Shown here piece after piece: positions 24,895 through 38,776 of a DNA stretch of 64,000 nucleotides (position 1 is the first letter of the stretch; every line of letters starts with the position of its first letter). The position numbers and the translations under genes are program-made. Under the pieces are notes generated by a model that was not told where the DNA came from, ran no database searches, and saw nothing but the letters and a program-made list of their open reading frames with translations. The DNA comes from Eukaryota sp. GEM-RC1 (taxonomy: Eukaryota). The stretch lies in NCBI GenBank assembly GCA_040285855.1, contig JAUFOQ010000002.1:372001-436000 (forward strand), in the 5' to 3' direction.

Positions 24895-25740
24895 ATGTAC
24901 ACAACCCACTACACGACCGTTGCCATCTCTGTAACCCTGCTATTTGTCACGCTACTATTTATTAGACTCTTTTCTCTGAAATGGCTGCTGTTTAAACTTG
25001 CGTCAGAAAAGATAACACCACCGTCTCCTTCTGGTGCTTCCCTAGTTTATCATTTGGACAAGTTTCTTCTAAAAAAGAACCTATTATCCGAACTTTCGTA
25101 TGAAACCACTTCACATCAACTATGTTCTCAACTAAACCTTTCCCCGCAACCTCACTACCTCACTGCTCTGGACTATTATCTCAACCTCTATTCACACTTC
25201 CTGTCCACGCGTTCTCTCCTTACCTCTCTCATCAACACACACTTTCACACACCTTTAGATCACTCCTCCATTCCTCCAACCACAGTCAGACTCTTGAAGA
25301 AAGTTCATTGCGAGTGGCTCCGATGTCCTCCAGTCAATGTCCTGGAGTCTAAACATTGGCAGGATCTAGGCTTCCAAGGGTTGAATCCAGTAACAGACTT
25401 TAGAGGGTGTGGTCTTCTTCCAATCACGATTATTGATGAAGGTCACGAGTTTCCTGAGTTTAGAGCTTTGTTTGATCATTCAATCAAATTTGATTGGCCA
25501 TTTGCTCTTGGAGTGATTAGCTGTAGTAAGTTGATTTACTTTGAGTTGATTGATTGTGCTAAATCATCTGTGAGACGAAGACTTTTAGTCAATCAGGAAG
25601 GGCTTGATGGGGTCGTTTTGACTGTGATTGATCTTCTTTCTTCTTTTGCTGCTCAATGGGAAAAGAAACCCAGAACTCTACTTGATTGGCCTGAAGTGTT
25701 TGGAGGTGTTGTTCTAAAGGCCAAGTCTGGTACAATCTAA
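24895..25740 (+). CDS. ELMO/CED-12 domain protein (ELMOD-like Arf/Arl GAP)
   Basis: WQDLGFQGLNPVTDFRGCGLL and WPFALGVI signatures; hydrophobic N-terminus. Confidence 0.85.
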   Translation: MYTTHYTTVAISVTLLFVTLLFIRLFSLKWLLFKLASEKITPPSPSGASLVYHLDKFLLKKNLLSELSYETTSHQLCSQLNLSPQPHYLTALDYYLNLYSHFLSTRSLLTSLINTHFHTPLDHSSIPPTTVRLLKKVHCEWLRCPPVNVLESKHWQDLGFQGLNPVTDFRGCGLLPITIIDEGHEFPEFRALFDHSIKFDWPFALGVISCSKLIYFELIDCAKSSVRRRLLVNQEGLDGVVLTVIDLLSSFAAQWEKKPRTLLDWPEVFGGVVLKAKSGTI

Positions 25741-26418
25741 TATCTTTACTTCAATTTATTGGTTGTTGGTTTAGTTTTTCCATTAGCTTCTAGTTTTGTA
25801 TTCAGAGAGGACTACCGTACTGTAGTAAATTCAATTTTGCACTGGTCTGTCCATTTGTTGTATTAAACCACTGTTTTAAAATCATTAATCTGCTCGTGTT
25901 TCTAAACTGATTGGACCATAAAACAAATCCAGAACAGATGGTATCTTGATGACAGCTTTTGTTGTACAACATCGTGATATTCATTGTAAACTGATTCAGT
26001 CTTACCATGAACACCTTGTAGAGAGGGTGCTTGAAAGTACTGATTGAATTTATGTTCCACTTAATCAACACTATACATTTACACACAATGAACAAAGCTC
26101 TTTTGATCACTTGAGTCAACCGAAAACAGTCAAAGGTAAGCATCAAAGCAATAAGACGAGGATACACCAACATAGTTCAAGTAGATGATATTCTGCATAG
26201 ACGGTCATGCTGCAAAAGAAACTGAAAACGATCATCGAGTTCTCAATGTGTACTACAGATAAGGATTGTAGCTATCCCAATTGTTTCATCAAAATATCCA
26301 GGATGGTACTATTTACTACACGTAGTTGTGACTTAAAGAGGCATATGATTGACTTTGATCCTTCGTAGTTGTAGGAAGGAGGAAGAAACAGTTCTTTTCG
26401 ATTCCTATTACCAATACC

Positions 26419-26652
26419 ATGGCTTCTTCTTCCAAGTTACAACACGCTATTCATCGTCTTTGGGCGTACTTTCGTGACACTCGATATCCAGACCCCGAGG
26501 AAATCCGACTGCGCTGCCTTTTGATCAAGAATCTCTCAGATTTCGATAGACGTTGCTATCAGAACCTCAGGGATTATATCAAACATGTCCAGTGTCATCA
26601 CTGTGATGTAAAACAGCAAGCCCTTCGCCGCATCCGTACCGAGTTGGTTTAA
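26419..26652 (+). CDS. Small hypothetical basic protein (77 aa)
   Basis: ATG-started ORF with higher GC than its flanks and plausible helical composition; no family recognised. Confidence 0.4.
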   Translation: MASSSKLQHAIHRLWAYFRDTRYPDPEEIRLRCLLIKNLSDFDRRCYQNLRDYIKHVQCHHCDVKQQALRRIRTELV

Positions 26653-26809
26653 TCGCCTTCTCTGCTACTTCTCTCCTTGTTTATCGTCACCCTCTTTATA
26701 GTTTTCTTCTAGTTTGCTGTATAAACTAATTTATTGCTATGTAGGATTTCTCTCTTCTTCACGATATCTCAATTACCAATTTTCGGTATCTAGTACTAGA
26801 GCAGCACTT

Positions 26810-28892
26810 ATGCCTGATCCTCTTGTTGCTGGTAAACATTATGATTGTTTACCGATTGAGAGGTTATCTCTCTTCGGGAACTTTCTCCAAAACGCATCTC
26901 ACTTTACTGAACGAAACTGTGTAGGGGCTCGTAATGTGTCACAGGATGATGATACTAACAAATACAGTTACTTGGAATACTCATTTCTCACTTATTACGA
27001 CTTCCTAAAAGAAGTGGAAAAACTAAGTTCTTTGTTTCACTTGCTGGGTTTAAACAATGGCGACAGGGTTGCTATCATGTCTAGAACAAGACTAGAATGG
27101 CACATGGTCGCCCTGGCGTGTTATAGAATGGGAATCGTCACTGTGCCACTTTTTGACAATGTCCCACCAACGGACACAAGCCATATTATCAATGATTCTC
27201 AAAGTATGATAGTATTTGCTGATCCCAAAACCCTAGAAAGTCTACTGGCAGTTGATCTTCATCAAGTGAGAAATATTGTTCTGTTCGACTCCAACGTTGT
27301 GGATGAAGACTTCATTTCTCAGTTTAAGTCACAACATCTGCAATTCTATAACAAGTACTGTACACTTCTGTCAGATTTGATGTCCCAGTGGACAATGAAA
27401 ACAGTGAACGCTGTAGCCGTCTCTCCAGATGACCTAGCACATCTAGTGTACACGTCAGGAACTACTGGTAGGGCCAAGGGTGTTTGTCTGACTCATTCAA
27501 ATATCATGCACAGTGTGTACGGTCTCAATGAGAGAATGCCGAAACCACTTAAAAACAAGGAACAAGACATCCTCATTGGCTTTCTTCCACTTGCTCACAT
27601 CTTCAGCTTTGTTCTGGAGCATTTAATGTTTTCCCATGTTTGTTAAACGCTTGATTCACTATAGGGAGTTTGTATTGGCTACTACAGTGGAGATATGCCT
27701 CTGCTTACTGACGATGTCCAACTATTACGGCCAACGGTACATATTCTATTCTATGTTGCTAATTTCAGCTCTTTGTAGGAGTCCCAAGGGTATTCAACAA
27801 AATCATTGAAAGAATTCACAAGGAAGTCCAAAAGAACTCAATTAAGAAGAATATCTTTGCGGCGGCCATTAACTCCAAATTGACAGCTCTATCCCAAGGT
27901 AAGGGGAGTTCTATGAGAGTGAAGATTGAAGATAAGTTTGTGTTCAGCAAAATTTCAAAAATGTTTGGAGGGCGAATTCGAGTTCTATACTCTGGTGCTG
28001 CACGACTTGATCCTGAAATTGCCATGCTCACATGTGCCGTGTTCAAAGCTCCAATTGCTGAAGGATATGGACTTACCGAAACGTCAGCTGCAGGCACGGT
28101 AGACTTTCTTCCAGATATTAAGCATGACCATTTGTCTGAACACTACGGAAGTGTAGGATACCCAACAGGGCTAATGGAAATCAAAATTTCGCCAGTTCCG
28201 GAGATGGGATATCACTTACCTCAAGGCGAAGTACTGATGAAGGGACCTGCTGTGTTCAAAGGTATAATTGTCTTCTATTGTTTAAACACAGGATATTGGA
28301 ATCTCCCTGAAAAGAATCGAGAGGTATTCACTGAAGAAGGGTTCTATAGAACAGGCGACATTGGACTAATTGATGAGAAAGGACGTTTGGTTATCATTGA
28401 CCGAATGAATGACATTGTTAAAGGTCCTCACGGTGAGTTCATCAATCTATCAGTACTAGAAGGAGACTACGAGACATGCGAGCTTGTTGATCAAGTGTTC
28501 TTGATAGCAGGAGAGACACCAAAGTTGTTGGCCATTGTAACCCCTGATGTAGGTAGATTGGAGGAAGTAAGAAGCCAGTTGATCCAGGGAGACGAGGATC
28601 ACATTAACATGTATTGTGACTCTATTATGCAGGCGTTTAAAGACATTGCTGAGGAAAAGGGACATCGGTCGATCGAGCAAGTCTGTAACATGTCATTGGT
28701 ACTGGATAAGTGGACGCCAGAATCAGGGTTGGTAACTGGAACCATGAAAAGAAGAGGCAAGAACTGAGAGCTAGATATTCTAGCAACATTGAACATCTTA
28801 AGCAGGTGGTTACTTCCAAAGATATAGGACCTACTTGTTTGAACACTTGTTCATGTTTTGAGATAGGTTCAACTGCTGCAGGACTTCGTTGA
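26810..28892 (+). CDS. Long-chain acyl-CoA synthetase
   Basis: YTSGTTGRAKGV, FLPLAHIF, EGYGLTET and FYRTGDIG. Introns 27638-27664, 27737-27768 and 28262-28291. One base is missing in the A run near 28747-28750. Confidence 0.92.
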
Positions 28893-29366
28893 ATGTTCTA
28901 GATAGTTCCATTAAATACATCTTATTCAGTCAGATTGTTCCAGTCCTGTTTGCAACGGCAAGATAACCTGAATTGAGCCGGCCAAGGTAAGGTGGTTCAG
29001 CTCAATAGATCTTTTGTCAGTTTCGTTGTAATTTGTTTGATGGAATGCATTTAAATGGAAAAACTGTAAATGTATCATCAGTAGAACAAACCAGTCACTG
29101 TGCACCATATCATGAATGATGATACACTTCATGTGGTCCAAATTGCAAAATCTTGCTACACACTGGTAGATGAAAGGCAATGTTGCAGCAAAATGAAATT
29201 GAATAGCTACTGTAGACTTTTTCTCTCCTTACAAACAAAAACAAACTTGTTCTGTTGCTTACTGTCGAAGACTCGAAAATACAGCGATTATATCTGTTCA
29301 GTAACCATGTAAGAACTGAATCGTGTTACATTCCTGGAAAGAACCAAATTATTTCAAATTTTCATT

Positions 29367-31646
29367 ATGTCCCTTCACTTTCTTCCATTCATTGTCCGAT
29401 ATAAATCTTTGTTCTGGGTGATATGGTCGGTGATCTTCCTTGTAAGCCTCACAACAGTGCCCTTGTATCTTAACAACACAAGCGCAGGATTTGAAATGGG
29501 TGCCGTTGATCAACTACCCCTAATTGCGTTCATTGAATCAGACGATGTTATCCTCGATAATGCTCTCCTCCTCCCTCTCATTGATAGCATATCTTCCTCC
29601 ATCGAATTTCACTCACAAAGGGCCATTCTCTCCTGTTACTCTTACTTCTTCTTTAAACAACAGAATCTTGACCCAATTGCTTCTATATTCGTTGGTAAAG
29701 ACCAGTCGTCCACTCTTCTTGTTCTATTAATCGACCAGTTCTCCTCACCCAATCCCTCTTTCTATGCTAATGTTATGTCAGACATCAGTAAAAACGACAG
29801 TTACACCAGTTTCTCTGTCCAACTCCTTGATCAAAACGTTCTCTTTCAAGACTTCATGACCGCTACATATTCTGATCTTCAACGAATCTCTCTCTTTGCC
29901 CTACCTCTCTCATGCATCATTCTCTTACTTACCTTTCAATCTCTTTGGCTAGTCTCTATTCCCCTTGTTGTAACATTACTCTCTCTAACTCTCACCACCA
30001 CCTTCTCTTATATCATGTCTCTCTTCATTGAATTTCCTTCATTTGTACTTTTATTCCAACTTGTTCTTTTGTTCTCTCTCTCCTTCAACTATACAATGAT
30101 CATTCTAACTAGAATGAAGCACGAACTTAAGTTACACACGTCCCTTCCAATGGAACAACTAGTTTCCAACTGCTTCTCTAGATCAGCTGACGTCATTTCG
30201 ATCTCCTCGCTAACTCTATTCGTGGCCTTACTTGGATTGTTGTTGTTTGGTGGTGAACAGATAACACCTCTAGCTGTTGGCTCGATCTTTTCTTTATATG
30301 CTGTTCTTTTGTTTGTTTCTTGTTTATTCCCTTGTTGTTTTTGTCTTTACCCATTGGTGTTTTGCAATCCGATAAAAGTCAAGCAAAAACATTTAAATTC
30401 TCTAAATTTTTAAAATTGCATTGGTATGAGAATTCTTTGATATTTGTTTCCAAAGCTGTTACTAAGATGTGGAAAACCAAAGTATTAGCTCTTAGCTCAA
30501 TCATTTTCACCCTGATTTGTATGTTTTTCCTTGTAATTCAAGTATCTGATATCGAACTTTCCATTGATGTCGGTCACTTCTTTCCTAAATCGGCAAGCTC
30601 AGTGATTGCCTTAGATAAGCTTTCTAATCAAATGATTATTGGTCTTAAATCACCTTTCAGTATCAATTTGCGAATAAGCAAATCTCGACTTTTACTCCAG
30701 AATTTTTTAATTATTGTACAACTTTGTCGCATGACGTCATCACTCAAACCAATCAACCTTACCTATTAGCTCCTTGTCATATTGGTTCAGTCCCAATTGA
30801 TTTAGACTTGGCCACGATTTTATACAAGAATGAGTCTCAACTTCTGCGACCGCTTTCAGATATTTACCATTTTTTAATTGACTTACTGTCAGTCGACAAT
30901 TCTGTCTCTATTTGGATCATTTCTAAGTTCGATCCTTGGGGTAATCAGGCAGAAGTATTTGTATCTGAAGTTTCTTCAATAATAGAATCTAATTTTAATT
31001 CTTCAGATGGAGTTAGAACTTGGTTATCAGGGATGGGTGTAACAAATTCTAGAAGTAAGAACCGAATTCTATCTCAGTTTCCACTAATGGTAGGATCAAC
31101 TTTTTTGCAATTTTCCTTATATTTATTATTGTTTTAAAAAGTCTGCTTCTACCTATCATCTTAGTGTTCTCAATGAGTTTAGCAATGCTATCGTCATTCG
31201 GCGCTGCAGTTTTGGTTTTCCAAAACGGTTTTATCTTTGAGGAATCAGATATTCATTGGATGTTGGTTGTCATCTCCTTTTCAGTGTTATCAGGATTCTC
31301 TCTTGATTATGATTCCTATTTAGTGTTGTCAGTGAGACATTGCAAGAAAACTACTTCTTCTGATGTTGAAGCAATTTCTAAGGGCTTTGTGGAGTCTTTT
31401 GTTACAATCACTTCCGCTGCTCTTATTTTAATATTTTGTTTTTCTAGTTTATTAATGTCATCAGTGAACATTATGGTTGTTTTTGGATTTATTGTTGTAA
31501 CAGCTATCTTTATTGATACCTTTCTCATTCGATCACTATTAATTCCTGGTTTTCTTGTGTTATTTGGGGAACTCATCTGGTACCCTAATAACAAGAAGAA
31601 AACTTCCACCTTGTCTATGAATTCCTGTAATATAGGAATCAATTAG
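29367..31646 (+). CDS. MMPL/RND-family membrane transporter (several frameshifts)
   Basis: Two multi-TM repeats with SLSFNYTMIILTRMKHE and GFSLDYDSYLV...TITSAALIL..DTFLIRSLLIP..GELIWYP, split over four ORFs. Confidence 0.8.
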
Positions 31647-31993
31647 TTGTTCATCAGATTCATTTTTTCAAATATTACTCAGATGTTTTTGATTTCTTGG
31701 ATTTTACTTATTCTTTTACTTTTCGCCGCTGGTTCCATTTAAGTTTATTGAAATCATGAAAACACACATACTAGTCTGTTAAGTTGTCGAGTTTGTCTCT
31801 TGCTTTTTGAATAGTTCAAATTAAAATCATTTCTACTAAATTAGAGAAATTATTGAGCTAGTACGTGCTACTTAATTGTCTTAATCTTGGTAAACCTTAA
31901 CTTTTCCTTAACTTCAATACGGAGTACTACGACTAGTAGCGCATTCAGTGTATTTTTTTGAAATGTGTTAATTCTATTTGAAGAATTCTTGTT

Positions 31994-32922
31994 GAATTCA
32001 TTTGGGGTGTATACTCCCCAAAATCATTTTACCCCAAATACTCTTCACCCCATAACCACATCCCCAAACTGATTCACTTATACCTTCTTTGATGGATTCC
32101 ATATCTCGATACAGCTTCTAAACACTATCTTTTCACTAAACAATGTGTTCAGTAGACACTATTTGGGCCAATAAACCTTTATGAAGAACAACAGACTAAA
32201 CATCATCCAACAGACTACAAACCAGAGAAGAGATGAATAGACTACAGACCGAAACAGCGAAATCTGTTGGTCTGAGCTTTTGCCCATCATAAGGAAAGAG
32301 CTAAAACAAGAAAGAATTATGTAAGACAACAGGTTGGAACATGTACACAACTGATGCTTTGGGAACATCGTCCCAAATCTAGTTTGGGCCCGGTTATAAA
32401 GAGAATATGATAAACCAACCTTTACTACCATTGCTCCAGGGAATTCAGCCAATCCAGGAGATAGATATTCAAGTGGTTCACCAACTTGAGGGTTGTTTAG
32501 TTGAGACTCGTCAGACATACTCGTTTAACGTCTTTGAGTAGATCCTTAAGATGATTTAGAGTTGAAGTTGTTGAAGGAAGTGGAAGAGATATGTCACGCT
32601 TCTCATAAGAACCATCAAAAGGAAAGAGATGAACAGTTTCTAGATCAACATCTAGCACAATGGCAACGGCTGATTTGTAGCTGAGGCAAAAATCCATGGT
32701 ACCCTTTTTAAGATCATCTGGTAAGTCAGATGTTGACACTTCCGTTATGTGGATGGATTTAGTTCTCCATGAATTGTATGTTCCATAAGGAAGAAGAACA
32801 AGTGACAAATTAACTGCATGCTTATCAGCAAGCTTTACAACAAGTTTCATATATGTTTTGATGGTACGGGAACGACTTTCTTGTTCAGAAGTATTTCTGA
32901 GTTTGAAGATTGAGTAGGACAT
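31994..32922 (-). pseudogene. Hypothetical gene or pseudogene, partly duplicated at 240-1358
   Basis: Overlapping ORFs 32497..32922 and 32159..32518 lie in different frames; internally deleted relative to the copy at the window start. Confidence 0.45.
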
Positions 32923-33294
32923 GGGAAATTCTGGTATAGACTTTATTACAGATTTCGTTTTTTAACACGTGAATTCACACACACATGTCCATTACAGTCT
33001 GTGTGGGATTTCATTTTCCTTCCTCCTACAGTATAAATGTCGTTTGTTCTGCATCCAAACAGATGTTGTCCGCCATCCTGTCCTTATCTGACTCAACTTG
33101 TGACTGTTTCCATTGCACGGTTTCGGGCTAAAACTAATCTTTCCTAAAACAAAGTGTATTGTTTATCACACACTAGAAATTTATAGTGTAAAAAGTTCAA
33201 CTAACATTGGTATTATATAAAGATTACAGCTATAACTTGATTCTGTTTTGTTGAAGCAAAACTGTTTTTACGGAGGTTTTATAAGACAAATTCA

Positions 33295-36215
33295 ATGTCC
33301 GTTCTCATTGGTTCTTTCACAGAACATACTATTGAATGTACTACTTATCAACACTCCTCTGGTGCTTCCATAGTCTTTTGTTCTCTCCCTCATTCACCAA
33401 TATGCCAACTATCAGTTGGTTTTAAAACTCTTTGTTCTAGTGATCATGGTCTCCCTCATTGTCTTGAACATATGTGCTTCCTAGGATCTGAAAACCATCC
33501 ATCTAAAGGTCTACTAGATCGGGTTGCCACTCTCCACTGTTCAACAGGAACTAATGCATTTACTTACATTGATCAAACAGTGTACACTCTTCAAACAGCT
33601 GGTCCCGATGGTATCATTAAAGTCCTTCCGATCTACTTAGACCATCTCTTCCGCCCTACCATTACTCCTGAATCTCTACTTACAGAGATCCATCACATCA
33701 ACTCTGCAGGAGAGGATGGTGGTGTTGTCTTTTCTGAAGTCTCAGCAGACTTTTACTCTGACCATTCACAGGTCTATCATGAACTACTCAAACATCTCTA
33801 TTCAGACTCTCCTTACCAGTACAACTATGGGGGATCTCCCCTACTTCTTCATGAACTTTCTCTTTCCGATCTCCTTACTTTTCATTCAACTTTTTATAGT
33901 CCTTCTAACAGTGTTATTGTAGTTACTGGTTCTTTTAATGATGAGTTCAAGAGTAGTTTTCTTGGTAATTTGAATGATTTTCTAGAAGAACTCAACCCTG
34001 GTCAATCAGATCACGTCAGCATCCCAGCCATTCCACCACTTTCTGCTTCTGTTTCTACAGAAATTTTCTTTCCTTCTGAAGATGAAGATGTTGGAATAGT
34101 TCAATTAGGATGGCGATTGTGTGATTATAATGATTGGACCTTGATCTCTGCTTTTAAGGTCCTTTCAGATTATCTTGCTGAAGGCTCTTCAGCTCCTTTT
34201 GTTAAAGAATTGATTGAGTGTGAAAATCCAATCTGTTCAGAAGTGGAAATTAATCTAATAGAGGTCAAAAGTGTAGCTGTCGTGATTGAGTTTGAAGATG
34301 TTGACGTTGATTTTATTGACGACGTTGCTGATAGAGTCGACGCTTTAATTGAGCAAGTAATTAGCGATGGTATTGATATGGAACGAATAGCACAGCTCAT
34401 CAAACGTCATGATCGTCGATTGCTATTCGATTTTGATTGTGGCAATATCGAAGAAGTTTCAGAAGAAGTCATTTCCTCTTTTCTCTACTCTAATGGTCTT
34501 TCACTAGACTCTTTAAAAGATTCCATGAATAGATCTTATGGTTGGTTGTTAGAAAAGGATGATCAGTTCTGGATACAGTGTTTACAGGTGTTTTTAAATC
34601 AGCCCAAAGTTGAAGTGAAGGGATTTCCATCTGCTGAGAAAGGGAAGAGATCACTGAACAATCAAATTTGATTGTTCAAAAAAGGAAGGATGAGTATGGA
34701 GCAAAAGGTCTGGAAGAACTTGGTTTGAAATTAGAACACGCTGTAAAGGCTCAGAGTATGACGTTTAAGGTACCCATTGAGCATTTGATTTTGCCAAATG
34801 TTGAGAAAATTCCTAAAATTTCAAATATGTCCTCTCAAAACCGAAATATCCATCAGTTTTTAATTGATTCAAGTAATTTTACTACTGTTAGAATCCTTCT
34901 AGATTGGACTAAAATCTCCAACGATTATCAAATCTTGCCGCTTATAATAATGACCTTTTTCAAAGCTTTTACAGAAGTCAATGGAACTTCAATGAATTCT
35001 GACCAAATCAATAAGTTCTTTGAGAAGTCGTCTGTTCATTTCTGGAGTAGTCTTGGGATTTCTCTAGACTGTTCTAGTAGATACAAGGGAAACCTTTTTC
35101 CAAGTGTGTTTGAATTGGGATTTGTTTGTGATAAGGACGATATTTTAAATATTTTAGATGTTTTTGAAAGTTTGTTAGCTCGGTCTGAAATTTCTATTGA
35201 AACCTTGGAGTATATTGTCAAAATGATGAAAAGTCAAATATCTTCTCAAAAACGTTCTGGGCAACATTTGTTACAGGATTTAGTGTCTTCAAAGTTATTT
35301 CCAGATTCCATTTACGACAAATTTTCATTGTTTTCATGTTCTAAATTTTTAAATTCAGAAAGTTTTAGTATGTCCACTACTCATCAAAAAATTACTAAAT
35401 TCATATCTGATCTCTGGAAAAACCGCAATGATTTAACCTCAATCTCCATCACATCACCAATCAAATTTGATTACTCTTTTATTGACCAAATCACGTCACA
35501 CCTTCATCTTGATACTGTCAATTGCGCTCCTACTCAACTGTCTGTTGAACCTACTTTCCAAGACAATGTCACTCTCCTGTCTTCACCTTCTATTTCTTCT
35601 TCATTTGCTTCAATTGTTTCTTCTGGGCCAAGTTCTTTCCTTTTCCCAAATAAGGAGGCGTTGCTATTAGCTATTGAGTTTCTTGTCCAAATAGAAGGTC
35701 CGTTGTACAGTCCAATCAGAGGAAATGGGCTCGCCTATCATTTTGATTTGACTTGTGATTGTGAAACTGGAACAATCAAATTTGATGTGATTGATTCAGT
35801 TGATGTAACACGTGTGTTTGACGTGTTTGCTGACGTTATTCGTTCAATCATATCTGATGGTCGCCTGGATGATGTTTTGTTCAAGTCAGCAGTTTCCAGT
35901 TTGGTTTATTCACTTACAGAATCACACGGTACTGCCTTTAATTCTGCATTTAAATCAACCTTTTATTCAATAAAGGGAATTCCTGTGGATTATTGTCACG
36001 AATTCATCCACAGTGTTGTTGCAGTTCAACCAGATGATGTGTTGAGGGCAATCAATCAATGGATTTTGCCTGTGATTGAGGGATCCCGATTTGTAGTGTG
36101 TCCTGCTTCAGCTGAGAAGAAGTATCTTGAATTCTTTGCTAATAAGAAAATGATTGTGGAAACTGTAAACGTCGTCGATCTTTTGGGAAGTGATTCTGAT
36201 TCTGACTCTGATTAA
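33295..36215 (+). CDS. M16 (insulinase-family) zinc metallopeptidase
   Basis: Inverted zinc motif GLPHCLEHMCFLGS, NAFT, GVVFSEV and IRGNGLAY. One frameshift near 34642-34648. Confidence 0.88.
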
Positions 36216-36766
36216 TATTCTAGTTCTATCCTATTTTGGCTCTGATTAACGATCAAATATTAAAAACATTTCATAGTCTGTTTTAGTTGTTGATGTTGTT
36301 TTTTGATTGCTATTATTTTTTGGAATTGTAATAATAAATCAAAATTTCATTTTCTTTAGAAATGTCTTTTTGTCTTTCCCGTAACGGTTCAGACAGTTGG
36401 TAACTCAACAAGTTCCGTTTACAACAGTCGAAAATGACTTTCAAATATTACTTCAGTTGCACTGTTGGAGCTGACATTACTAGCACACTGTGTATGTGGT
36501 CACCAGAAAGCGGCAAAACTGATTTCTAATTGCACTCATTGGTCGCTTATACTGATTCAAGTGAATCAAATGTGAAACACACTACAGGCAAACGTTGACA
36601 TTTTTTTAAAAATAGAAGAAGGAAGAGTTAGCGTAGGTTCATAAAGTCCCGCTATAAACAGTTTTTACTGTTTCTGGCATTTCCCAGAACAATTTTGACA
36701 GTCATTTACTGAGTAAATTTCAAAAACAATTTTCATCAAAGACAACATACATGTATCTGTGGTTTG

Positions 36767-37663
36767 CATAGCTGAAAAATACAAATTAGTGTATTTTTGT
36801 ATTTTCACTGTATTTTTGTATTTTTGTAAAATACAAGCGTGTCTCAACAATGTATTTTTTTGTATTTTTGTATTTTTTGACAGAAAGTGGTTGACTATCG
36901 TTCTTTGTCACTGTGAAGGTGATAGCCAAACATACGAAAGTTCTTTGTGATAGTAAATGAAACAGTTGTGGGTACTTTGTACAGACTTGGTTTTTCAAGT
37001 GTTTCGTATACTTATAAGAATTACGTCTATTAATCGAGATTTTGTCTTTTGATCTTTTCAATTTTGATTTTGTCAAACTCAAACTGTCTTTGTTGGTACT
37101 TGGAGTCAATCAGATAGCAGTATAGGCGTTTTTGAGGAGTAGTTTACACTTGTGATTCAGTTGTTGTGATTATCGTTGAGATTATCAATACATTACCACA
37201 TGTCATTATAGAACATCATTCACCTAAACTATGCACCTCGTTTACTTGTTCTCCGACCAGAATAACAAGTTAAACCAGGTATCCTTGGTTACTGCATTGG
37301 TCACAGTGGAAAATTCTTTTCACCGGGACTGATTTATGTTTTACTTCATTTTCGACCGTTTGGAGGCTAATATCGTGAAATGTAAAATAGTTCAAGTGAG
37401 ACTAAGTGTTGCTGTGACTAGTGCACAATGTACAAGATGGAAATGTAGTGTTCCAAGAAGAGGAAGAATCACTTCCGAAAGTAGTATCAGCATTATCAAT
37501 AATCCCATGTTTCATCTGTTTGCTTATCGACATATATTCAACTTCATGTGTTGGTGTTTTTAGTAAAGTGTGTCTTAGTAAATCATTTTTTATTACAGTA
37601 CTTGTATTTTTGTATTTTCGTGTGTATTTTTAGAACAGGTGTTGCTTGTATTTGACAGCTATG
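36767..37663. mobile_element. Non-autonomous hAT element (897 bp)
   Basis: Perfect 8-bp TSD GTGGTTTG (36759-36766, 37664-37671). TIR CATAGCTGAAAAATACAA / CATAGCTGTCAAATACAA; TGTATTTT subterminal arrays. Confidence 0.9.
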
Positions 37664-37749
37664 GTGGTTTGTCGAGAAAATTAGAGTCACTAATACTCAA
37701 AATAGTGCAAGAAACACAATTGAAGATCGATTAGTTTTATAGGCAAACA

Positions 37750-37765
37750 AGTGTTGAAAAACACC
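37750..37765 (-). promoter_or_regulatory. Histone 3' UTR stem-loop (H2A)
   Basis: GGTGTT TTTC AACACT on the minus strand, 22 nt after the stop. Confidence 0.85.
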
Positions 37766-37787
37766 AAATGAAACAACAACAATCTAC

Positions 37788-38168
37788 TTAAATCTCTTGA
37801 GAACCAGACTCAGCGGTATCGCGAGATCTGGAACCTTTAGGTAACAAATCTGAGTGAATGTGAGGCAAAACACCACCGGAAGGAATCATAATATGAGATA
37901 AGAGTTTGCTGAGTTCTTCATCATTACGGATAGCCAAGAGAATATGACGAGGAACAATACGAGATTTCTTGTTGTCTCTAGCAGCGTTACCAGACAATTC
38001 CAAGACTTCAGCAGTCAGATACTCAAGGACAGCAGCCATGTAGACAGGAGCTCCAGCACCAACACGTTCGGAATACTTTCCTTCACGGAGATAACGACGG
38101 ATACGACCAACAGGGAATTGGAGTCCAGCTTTGTAGGAGAGAGTACGGGCACCAGTTTCTTCAGACAT
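37788..38168 (-). CDS. H2A: Histone H2A with an H2A.X-type C-terminal SQEI motif
   Basis: [25 protein letters not shown] and AIRNDEEL; ends GSQEI. Confidence 0.97.
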   Translation of the reverse strand: MSEETGARTLSYKAGLQFPVGRIRRYLREGKYSERVGAGAPVYMAAVLEYLTAEVLELSGNAARDNKKSRIVPRHILLAIRNDEELSKLLSHIMIPSGGVLPHIHSDLLPKGSRSRDTAESGSQEI

Positions 38169-38320
38169 TAAATGAGACGAGAAAATGAATCTGTAGAAAT
38201 TGGTGTAACAAATGAACACGACAATTTCGGTGAGGCAGAGATTCTCGTGGTGGTGCGGTTCACCTGAACGGCATCTTTTCCTCGCTTTTCAATTCTTTCG
38301 AGCAACAAGTTCTATCCTCA

Positions 38321-38750
38321 ATGCCCGGAAAGAAATCTGTAAAGTCTACCAAGTCTACCAAATCCATCAAGGGAGTCCCCGCTAAAGCCCCTTCCAAGGC
38401 CCCCCGCCAAAGCTGTAGCTGAAGGAGCAGCTCCTACTGTCGTCAAGCGTAAGAAGGCCCGTAAGGAGACCTGGGCTACCTACATTTATCGTGTTTTGCG
38501 TCAAGTTCATCCCGATACTGGAATCTCAACCAAGGCTATGGGAATCATGAACTCTTTTGTCAATGATATCTTTGAACGTATTGCCACTGAAGCTTCCCGT
38601 CTTGCTAGAATCAACAAGAGAAACACTTTGTCCTCAAGGGAGATTCAAACTGCTGTTAGATTATTGTTACCTGGTGAACTTTCAAAGCATGCTGTTTCTG
38701 AAGGTACCAAGGCTGTTACCAAGTTTAGTTCCTCAGGGGAAGCCGAGTAA
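38321..38750 (+). CDS. H2B: Histone H2B (one extra C in the run at 38400-38405)
   Basis: [27 protein letters not shown]...[14 protein letters not shown]. Removing one C restores the frame from ATG 38321. Confidence 0.95.
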
Positions 38751-38760
38751 GTTGTTTGAT

Positions 38761-38776
38761 GGTGTTTTTCAACACT
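38761..38776 (+). promoter_or_regulatory. Histone 3' UTR stem-loop (H2B)
   Basis: GGTGTT TTTC AACACT, 10 nt after the stop. Confidence 0.85.
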
